NCBI GenBank assembly: GCA_951406725.2
Contig: OX597821.1
Coordinates: forward strand, 12,648,001-12,712,000
Length of the DNA: 64,000 nt
Origin: Octopus vulgaris
Taxonomy: Eukaryota
Direction of reading: 5' to 3'
Below are positions 53,875-64,000 of this stretch, in pieces (the stretch's first letter is position 1; each line of letters starts with the position of its first letter). Under the pieces are notes generated by a model. That model worked only from the letters and a program-made list of their open reading frames with translations, was not told the DNA's origin and did no database searches. A program made the translations under genes and the position numbers.

Positions 53875-54247
53875 TAATAATTAACCAAACGAAAGGAGCG
53901 GGCATGTTTCAGTGTTATTAGACTGCCACAGTGAAGTATATTTTTCTTATACTATACGATGCAATTTTGAAACTTTAATGTGAAACCGGTATAGTGTATA
54001 CCTATTTTTTAAAATCTAAATACATTCTAATTCTCATTTATTCTATCTGTATTTTCAACAGCATTTTTTCTATAATTACACTTGTAAAGATTAACTACAA
54101 TTTATAAATATCTATCTATCTACCTATCTAACTATATAAAATTAGTGTACATTTAAACGCAAAAAGAAGGAGCAGCCAAAACATCGAAAACCACATTTAA
54201 GAGCAATTTCGAAGGGATGGAAAACTAATAACTTTTACCGTGCTTTT

Positions 54248-54323
54248 TACGGCCAGACCTATGTTTCAAACTTTAATTAGCAAATAAAATAATTTGGTAG
54301 GCGAAGTTCCCGTCAGCGGGTAC
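54248..54323 (-). ncRNA. Decayed type I hammerhead-like motif
   Basis: TACCCG-CTGACGG-GAACTT..CAAAT/ATTTG..AAGTTT-GAAAC-ATAG-GTC-TGGCCGTA. A9 reads G and stem I is imperfect. Confidence 0.5.
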
Positions 54324-54502
54324 GCCAAACATTAACATATTTATATATAAGTTAGACAGAATAATACGTGACTCATCATTATATATTATAATTTTTCATA
54401 TTCACCGCGCAAGCGCAGTTTCAGTCGCCAGGAAATAGAAAAGTGCCGACTAACTTCAGAAATTACTAATATACACACAAACACACACACACACACACAT
54501 AC

Positions 54503-54573
<71 letters not shown>

Positions 54574-54599
54574 GCACTCGTGCGTGTGTGAAAGGATCA

Positions 54600-54812
54600 G
54601 AGTTTCTTCTCTAGGCATGGGCTCATAAGGTCTGTTTCACGGATTCCATGGCATGTATATTCCCTCCTGAACAGTTACTCAGCTGTTCAACTGGCTAACG
54701 TGAATTGAAGCGTTTTACCGAAAACGCAACAAATGCGTCTCCTAGAGTAGGAATAGAAACCGCAATTTTACAATCATGATTGCAACACTCTAACCATCAA
54801 ACCACGCGCCTT
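54600..54812 (-). mobile_element. Degenerate tRNA-derived SINE (related to family D)
   Basis: Minus-strand head GGCGCGTGGTTTGATGGTTAGAGTG..GGTTTCTATTCC. Confidence 0.6.
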
Positions 54813-56209
54813 CACATACACACATACACACACAAACACAAACACGCGCACGCACACATATACAGATATATACTCACATACCTATATGTGTGTTCGTATG
54901 TGTGCACTTGCGTACGCGCCAACTGAGGACTTCTTCTTCCAACCAGGACTCACGCCATTAACCACAAGGAATGATCTCAAATTCGTGCCTACTCTAAGCT
55001 ACTAAGAATGCGTGTGGCAACTTGAAGATCCACCCAGTACATGCGATAGACTGGCGGTTGCATGGGCGCGAAAGCTAAGTTGTTATCGTCATTCCGTAAA
55101 CGGTGGCTTTTAAGGGGTGGAGAGGTGAACCATCCTGGGGTACAGAGGATTCGCCATATAGACTAGGGTCAATTACCTGATCAATTCCTAATATTTTGTA
55201 TGGGAGTTCACTACCACGTTCGTTTTCTTCAGATTTTCATTTGTTACAGGGACAACACCGTCGTTACAACTACTGTTACAATAATAACAACATATCAAAG
55301 AATGAGTGGGCCTCTACCCAGATAGTCCCTCCGCTAAAAGCGTAATCATGTTTTCCGTGGATTACACATACCATCTTTGATAAGGTAAGAACGCACTGAA
55401 CGCCGCAGTTCTAGACGTTCTCAAGTGGACGTGAAATACACTGTTAGATATATCTTAAATTCACAGGTTTGCTCTACTAGGGCTTGAATGAGGCTAAACA
55501 AAGGACGCTCTATGATTTTTCTTCAAATGAAATAGTAAACTAATTACCATTAAGTCTAGGAAAGGATACATTTGATAATACAGCCATAGATGGTCATAAA
55601 TTTTTTCATCAGATTGAAGAGCAATATTCGAAGTTGAAGATGATGAGGACATCAGATAGTTATTTAAAGTTTTGTTTTAAATTATATATGTATGTGTGTC
55701 TGTATGCGTGTTATGTGTGTGTGCGTGTGTCTCTGTGTGTGTTTATGCGTGAGAGAGAGAGAGAGAGCAAGACAGAAAGTGTGTGTGTGTTTATTTGTAG
55801 GAGGAATCATGTTAAACGCTAATGTGTAGCTTTAGTTGTCTGTAACATAATGCAATAATGTCTTCCCTGACGGTCCGTAGTGGTTATGCATCCAATTACA
55901 TTTAGAACATGTAATACAAAATTTAAAACCACTACAATGGTGAAACATACGTAGGAACCAATAATATACATTTGTATGTATTGTAATTTCTCCTACATTT
56001 GCTCTGTTCATCATAAATTAATACTTGCTGAGTATAGAAGTTGCTTGACCACTATACTGGAAGCCGACTGGTCGATAATAATCTATATGACGCAGTCGTA
56101 CGACTATTTGCGTCCGTTGAAACTTGTTTCTGATAAGACGAATTTTCAACAAGACATTTTGTACATAACTTTATCGGTAATGTGTGAATAGAATAGTACA
56201 TATGCCCTA

Positions 56210-56226
56210 CGTGTTTAAAGCTTCCA

Positions 56227-56320
<94 letters not shown>

Positions 56321-56326
56321 GTTGTT

Positions 56327-56364
<38 letters not shown>

Positions 56365-57003
56365 TGTTGTTGTTGTTATTGTTATTGTAGTAGTAGTAGT
56401 AGTGGTGGTGGTGGTGGTTCTTTTGTTTTTGCTGCTGTTCACACATTTTCTCTATTTTCCTTGTGAACTTGTTAACATTTCTAGTTTACTATTTTCTTCT
56501 TGTCAACAGCAACCAACAACCATTTTGTATCCGTATATTCTATTACTGCAGTTTAACGACTGTGTTGCCAAAGCTTCTCGAATTCTACTTATTTATGGAT
56601 CACTGTATCAGTTAGAAACAGAAGATAACGAAACTGTGATTAATTAAAATGTGCTTTAAATGTGACAGATTATGCCGTGCTTTTTTTCTATTTCTTTAGT
56701 TATTGCTATTTGTATTGCGAACATTTTGCTCTATCTTTATGTATCTTAGGAAAGATGGTAGTTCTCAAGTTCATGGTTAACACAGTAGTTCACAATATTT
56801 ACCTCCCTTTTTGACTACGTGGTATATTTAATATCAACCACAATATAAGTGATACACGTAACATGAAACGAAAATAAAGTTTACGTTGCGCTTCCTATGG
56901 TAAAGCTTAAGAAATAGATAAACCGATTTAAAGTGAAAATTTTTAATAAAATGTGCAGAGTAATATTGCTCACCTTATTTTACTTATCGTGTTTAAAGCT
57001 TTC

Positions 57004-57091
<88 letters not shown>

Positions 57092-57177
57092 TGTTGTTTT
57101 TATTGTTATTGTAGTAGTAGTAGTGGTGGTGTTGGTGGTTCTTTTGCTTTTGCTGCTGTTCACACATTTTTTTCTAT
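56210..57177. repeat. Locally duplicated compound-microsatellite cassette (56210-56455 and 56988-57177)
   Basis: Both copies read CGTGTTTAAAGCTT..(TTA)n..(GTA)n(GTG)n..TTTTGCTGCTGTTCACACATTTT. Confidence 0.85.
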
Positions 57178-57531
57178 AACAAAATGGCACATGACACGTT
57201 TTGCAAAAGGCTCAAAACGTAGGTATGGATATTGTAACGCCTTGATATATATTTTCGAAAAACATCCATGACAAATCTAGGTAGACATTATGGAGTAACG
57301 TGTGATAAGTACTGGTTTAAGGGTATTAAATTAAAAAAAGCTACGATTGAAAAAAAATCATTGATCAGGAAACCAATTCCACAATCAGTATGACGTCCGT
57401 AGAAGATATTTGGAAATTATGTATTTAGTACTTATATTTATATTTATTATTTTCAATTTTAAAAAAAGATCCTCGTCTACACTTATGAGTGTTTGAAGAT
57501 GTAGGTTTATGTTTTGTCTTTTTTGCTGTGT

Positions 57532-57583
<52 letters not shown>

Positions 57584-57713
57584 AGTACAACTAATTAATT
57601 CAGCATTTCAGTATCGCTAGATTATCTTTTAACAGAAGCTCAAAATAAAATATCAAAGCAAGATATCTTAAGCTAGAAGTATATATATGTATATATATAT
57701 ATAGGTATATATG

Positions 57714-57780
<67 letters not shown>

Positions 57781-57785
57781 GTATA

Positions 57786-57873
<88 letters not shown>

Positions 57874-60646
57874 TATAAACTGCGTTTTATCAGAGTAATA
57901 TAAATTAAATTAAACGATAATCAGAGAAGACATAGTGGAATTAATCTCGATGAAATTTGCCAAATATCTTCAGGCGAATGAAGAAGAATATGAATATTTT
58001 CAGTCAAGCAATGGAGAATTTGCAATGCTTTTAACTTACTCGCCAGCTCTGCTTCTATTACTGCTACTACTAATTATAATAATACTGATGTTGACGATGA
58101 TGATGATGATGATGACATATTTCTGTGGAAGCGGTTTTAAATTACAACTCCTATTCAAACCAAGTGAATGTTGCATATTTGTAAATCGCCTGGCTGGTTG
58201 CAAACCGTTGTGTTCTACAGCAAAGCACAGTATTTTCGGTAAATGGAATAGTTACAGCAAATAATTTGTCGAAAGTGTATGCAATTACCATTGTACCATG
58301 TCATAAATACACTCATTTCATTGACCTATCAGTCACACACACTCACTAAGACATGAAAAGATGTGCGTATATAGAAACGTTTTATTTCCTATAACATTTT
58401 TGTCTACGCTTGTTATCATACTTGTGGTACTTTTAAATAGTGAATCCAAAACAAAAATTACAGCTTGGTAATAGGTCTTTTTTCCATACAAATGAATTCT
58501 AAATAATGTTTTTCTTAGCCAGCCAAACGCTATATGAATACATGTTGCTTAGAAGCTAGCAGTATTTGGCTTATCTTCATGCGATTGTATGTTCAATTCC
58601 ATGACTCGATAGTGTATTGTATCATTAAACTCGTCATCCACATCCATTTTAAGTGCAATCAAATACATCTATACTTAAATATATGATCGTTATCTCCTGA
58701 ATGAATTTCAAGGTCAACAACTGAAGTCCGGAAATGTGTCTACTCAGCAACTATATGAGAATCTGAAGCAGCCAGGAAAGGCAAAGCCTACGTTAGTAAA
58801 ACATTCACTCGCCAGTTTCGACGCCTGACGCTTTGCTACAAGCTCTATTGAAACGAGAATAGAATGTAATCTATTCAATAAATTTAAGATGATTAATGAT
58901 ATCTATACATTATCTATTCAGCCAGGTGGTGCAGTTTTTAAATGAAGGATTTGAAAACAAATATTGAAATCTTGAAGGTGCTAAACAGCAATAGCACAAC
59001 GGTAGGTTTAAGAGCCAATACTTAAAACCCTCGATGATCTCTCCAAATATTATCTAAATCTTTGACAATCACATATTAACGTCTTAAAGAAGGAAAATAC
59101 AAGTTTGGTAGTGAAGGTCTTTCTGTCCATTCTGGAGTCCAAAGCTGTGTGCTGGAGATGTGGAGGAGGCACAATCAGAAGTTTCTAGGGGATTTTTAAA
59201 TTCTCCAGATCTTGCCACATTGGATTTATTGCATGGGAAATATGATAAAGATAAATAAACACTAGCCTCAATATGGAACAGATTCTATCTTTATTAACCG
59301 AACTGGTTTCAGAAAGATTTCAACTGAAAGCGCAAAATCTGAAGTGTCACCGTGTGTGTCACTATTAAAAGGACGGGACAGTCACCGTAGGAACGTCTTT
59401 CATCATAAGCATCTTCAGCTGTAGTTGAGCAGTGTTTAAGTAATAAAAATATTTTTTGTAAAAATAATTACCAAGATTATATATAATTTCTCTTTATTGG
59501 AAAAATGTGCTGTATGAAATATTTAAGTAGAAATCATTTTGAGGCATTTTGAGAAAGAAATATGCGTAGATAAAAAGTCTTCTACGCCAACTAGTGACTT
59601 TAATTTCGATTCCTCTAAGTGATTATCAATCGGGTCGAGCAAATCAATGTGAGGTAAATTTGTAAACGCAAACTGGGGAATTTGTTGGAGAGTGTTTTGC
59701 TCCTGTTCTTAAATGGTAGACTGAAGCCTCATCGCATCATTTCATTTTCATACACAAATATGTTCCTTCCGTGCTTATAATTCTCTCAGTTTACAAGTTT
59801 CAAGTATTGGCGCCAGTCTAAAATAACCTCCTCCCTATTTTGAAAATAGGAATTGGTGTTGAGCATTTACTTTTGATATTTTGGGCAATTAGGATATTTT
59901 GGACAGATAATGTATCTGCTACGTATTTTCGATTCCTTACTGCAGCTATATTGCAGTGTATTTGCAACTCTTTCATCTATAGACGGTTAACTAAACTACT
60001 TGAAATTTATTGTTTGAATATATTAAATATCTGACTCATAATTCATTGTGAAAGTCGTTATAAATGTATGATATTACTGAAATTGACTTATAAATGTTGT
60101 TGATAACATAGAAGCTTCCAGTAGGCTTCTACTTCGTCACGCATGAAAGGTTTCAATTATATCAGAGGGGAGAGGTTCCTCATTCATTGTTGAATGGATT
60201 TTATTGATTGCACTGTAAAAAAATTAATGGAAATTTACGAGACGTATATGCCCAGTACCGCAGAGTTTCCCGTGATGAAGGACTACCAGCCCCCATACTC
60301 CGACTCATGGGGTGGGGGACTGTAAATATTGGAAAAAAGGTTTAATAAAGCTAAGATGGTTTAAAAGCATTTTTTTCTCAATTTGCTCAAACCCATGGCC
60401 AACAAAAGAAGCTTATATGGACGCAAATGATAATTTTGCTTTTAATGTTAAAGAGTGGGAGGGCAAAAATGTATACTAATGTATTTTGGTGATGTGGCGC
60501 CGATATTTATCAGAGTTGGAGAACTGATGAGTAAGCACGAGTAAGCAATGAGAAAAGGGAGTGGTCCCATATGTGGTCGCTCGATGTGCTCGAAATAGCA
60601 ACCAAATATAGCTACTTTCTTAAAACATTACGGACGAACTAGGGGA

Positions 60647-60871
60647 AATTGTAGTGGTTGGAGCGTTGGGCTCAATTCCGTTGAAACTTCAAGACTTCTT
60701 ATGGCAACTGGAAATCCCGTGCAGGACTGATGTCTTGCAAAAAGCAGCCTTATTGGATACAGCGCACATCTTAAGGAAAATATTATCTGTCTGAGGTCCT
60801 TGTGACTTGACAGATGACTAAAGATTCCGGCGCAGTTTTACCTACACTGTGTTACGGAGGAATAATAATAA
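60647..60871 (+). mobile_element. 3' end of another R4/Dong-like RLE element
   Basis: IVVVGALGSIP..LQKAALLDTAHILRKILSV*, then a short UTR and (AAT)n. Confidence 0.75.
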
Positions 60872-60879
60872 TCCTTTCT

Positions 60880-61052
60880 AATGAAGGCAGGTCAGAAATT
60901 TGATGGGGAGGGAACCAGTCGGTTACACGATCCTAGTGTTTCACTGCTACTTAATGTATCGATCCCGAAAGGATGCAAGGCAAAGTCGACCCTGGGCGAA
61001 ACACGGCTAAGCATATCGCCGGTCGTGCTGACAATTCTGCGAGCTCCCTGCT
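60880..61052 (-). mobile_element. SINE family B, degenerate
   Basis: CCCGAAAGGATGCAAGGCAAAGTCGACC core. Confidence 0.7.
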
Positions 61053-64000
61053 TAAATAATATTGTATTGAGTCAAATAATTCACCCAATGCAATAATTTC
61101 TGAATTAGGCACAAAGTGAATCAGTTTGCAATGTTTTGTTAGTCAACGGCATCAACGTCACTCTTTGACTATCACTGCATTGCTTCAGATGCGGTGATGG
61201 CAAAGAGGGAGAAGGCAAAGATGACATCGATGTGTTCAGAATTCCCATTAGCCAGAACAAATGCTGCTAGGCCTTACCCTAGGCCAAACAACTCTGCAAA
61301 TGTTCTTTGTTTCATAACACTGAAATTTAATTTTATATTGATTTTTATCACAATGTGACAAATACGGTAATACGTATCAAATTCACTTTCGCAATGAAAT
61401 ATATTTAGATTTGAAAATATTTCGCCCCCAAATTGTTGGACCAAGAAGAACCTACAAAATATATTTAAGAAAGAAATGCCATCAGTAAGAAAGATTTACA
61501 GACACGTCTAAATTTTTGTTTCCTTTCTATACGCTTATATGATTTCTTTCCTTTTCTTCTTAATTCAATGAAATAATTAAATTCCATTAATTTCAGAGAA
61601 ATAGATAAATTCTGCATTTTCTCGTGAATTATTCGACATATCTGCACTTCCTGATGTCGATAAGAAAGGCTAACGATATCTATTGCATCAGCTGTTCAGC
61701 TTAGTTTGTGTTGTGTCCTTAGCTGAAAGATTTTCGTCTCATTTTGATGGCGAAGTGTAAGCATTCTTGGGGCAGAATACGCCGGATGTTCCAACAACTA
61801 CTGATATGAAACTATGGCTTGTATATATTAGTTTGACCCTCCTCAGCGAAGCAAGCCTATCTTTTGTATGTTGCTGAGGAGAATGGCTGGCGATCATTTA
61901 TTAGATAAGCCTATTTGTTTTGGGCAAAATCTAAATGCATTCGTATGCAAACACACGCATGTGCTAGCGCACACGAACTCGGTGTGTGTGAGCGTTTGTG
62001 TGTTTTCACACGTGTGTACTTGTGTGTGTGTGTGTCTGGTTGTAAACGCGTGTACTTGCGTTAACATTTTGTAACTTAAATTTGCCTTACTCAAAGTCTC
62101 ACCAACGTGCAAACGTATCTGATATTTCAAATATTGTCGAGTCATGTGCCGAAGAAGCAAACGGATTTAACATTGGTTTTATGGGGCACATCAGATGCAA
62201 TAGATATGCGTTGATACATTTGCTTTCATGAGAAATATTCCACTGGAATTTAATTAAAGATTCAGCGTAAGTTATGACACGGTGCTATTACCTAATAACT
62301 TGAAAATAGATAATACTGAACCCGTTGATTAGAGCAGTATGAAATCTAAATACCTTTAAATGATAAAACGTGCCTCTTTAATTTATGCTAATTCATAGAG
62401 ACACAAATTCTGCAGTTCCATGCTAAAAGCAAAAAATATGGAATCTTGTTAAGGATGCTTCACGCTACATGAGCAACATTTTCTTTTCGTTATCAAGTCT
62501 TTGGATACAACGTACCAAAGTAATGCGCGTTTGCTATCCCTTGGCCTAAAGAAATAGCTGTACGCAGCGAACATTCTATTGAAGATCTTTAGAGCGATTC
62601 TTGTGTAATTCCTCGGAATAATATGATGTGAAGTGAGCATCGCCTTAGGAACTGCAGCGTTGAAATATCAGTCTCCTCATTTGGCAGTTGAATTTTTATG
62701 CATGGTATAAGGATTATGTGTGTATGCACAGCATCAACTAGTGTTAATGTTTTGCCCATAAAAATGAGTCCACATTTTGTATGTTAATTAGTTACTAAAT
62801 TTGAAAAGATGTAGAATTTGGTGATGTGTGATACGTTCCAAAACTCTCAGTGTTTTGGTGGTATATGTGAGAAACGAGGAAACTTTGTGGTGCGTGCTAA
62901 CAAAGATACTCCGTTCTTAATATTTGTTATAAAATGCATTCAGTTCTAGACATTTGATCATTAATGGTTAGGATTAACTTAAGTTGAATTTTTTTTCCCC
63001 GACTGGCCGCTTATATTTCTACCATTGTTTTAACGATAACTGCGTTGCACGCTTTCTTCCTGTATTCTCACAAATATGGTCGCACGACTTTAAAACACAG
63101 GGAATAGCTACACTAACAAAATTGACAAGTTTCTCTCTCTTTTTCTTTCTTTCTTTCTTCCTATTTCTCTCTCTCTTCCTCTCTTGCTCTCTAAGGAGTT
63201 TGTGAATCGGTGATCAAACTGAGATATCAAAACATTTCGATATATTTGTTATTATTGATTAACTCATCCAACTTAAATTAGATCTGTTGTTAATAATGTC
63301 ATAGACTCAGTACCCGTCTTGCTGAGTGGGCCCACTGAGTGGTTGGTCAAGGGGATCAATTATGTGTGGTCTCAATTATGATCTATGCGTGAGGTGGCTT
63401 ACTCTCAATAAATAAATGCTATAGAACACCGTGGATTGATTTGCTTGGAAGCCTACAATGCTATTCGGACGGCCCTACATGGACAGCAGTAAATGCCAGA
63501 GAAAATGTCTTTTCGTACAGACGAACAATGCTGAAACTCATCGAAATTCTATTATAGATTGACGAAATACCGCAAGTACACCACGGGATGCCATTACCAC
63601 ATCACGTAACTTCGACTTAGCCTACTGCCACCGATGATCCGTGATACGGTAAAATAACCTTATACAGTAATACTCGCCTTCTATATACTGACAAAATTTT
63701 GTCAAATGAAAATACAGTTTCGATGGTTTTTAGCCTGTGTTTTATGCACGAACGAAAAGGCTTACAGCAATATAAGACCTTATAAACAACATATCTAAGT
63801 TAATCTAAATGTGGTAAATAATATTCGTTACAAAATCTGCTTCTGCGTCTAATAGCGTATTTGTTATTGTTATGTTATTTTATTTTCTAGTTACATTGCA
63901 TATCTAGTTACACTGAATATCTCTACGAACAGCGAAGTTCTAATACAAAATATCAAATGCTACCATATGCATTCCCATTCTGTTTGTACATATACACATA

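Overview
This is AT-rich eukaryotic (animal) genomic DNA, saturated with microsatellites ((TA)n, (TAA)n, (CA)n, (GA)n) and decayed transposable elements. The SINE repertoire and composition suggest an octopus/cephalopod intergenic or intronic region (inference). I can support no intact host protein-coding gene, and nearly all long ORFs in the track are microsatellite artefacts. Recognisable elements are Penelope-like element (PLE) RT and GIY-YIG remnants, several R4/Dong-type RLE non-LTR retrotransposon fragments in (TAA)n, L1/Tx1 and RTE remnants, at least four tRNA-derived SINE families, maT/mariner/Tc1 and Chapaev3-like DNA transposon fossils, and two mini-Helitrons. The most interesting signal is a set of unrelated type I hammerhead ribozyme (HHR) motifs. 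One is an apparently intact HHR in a 566-bp non-coding monomer arranged as tandem plus inverted copies (retrozyme-like, 15283-16502). Others are an HHR with an ~86-nt stem II antisense to a PLE RT ORF, an HHR in the tail of a tRNA-headed SINE, and several decayed copies. A ~555-bp non-coding, 5'-truncating element co-inserts with Dong-type elements in (TAA)n arrays. All structures were read by eye and none was tested computationally.
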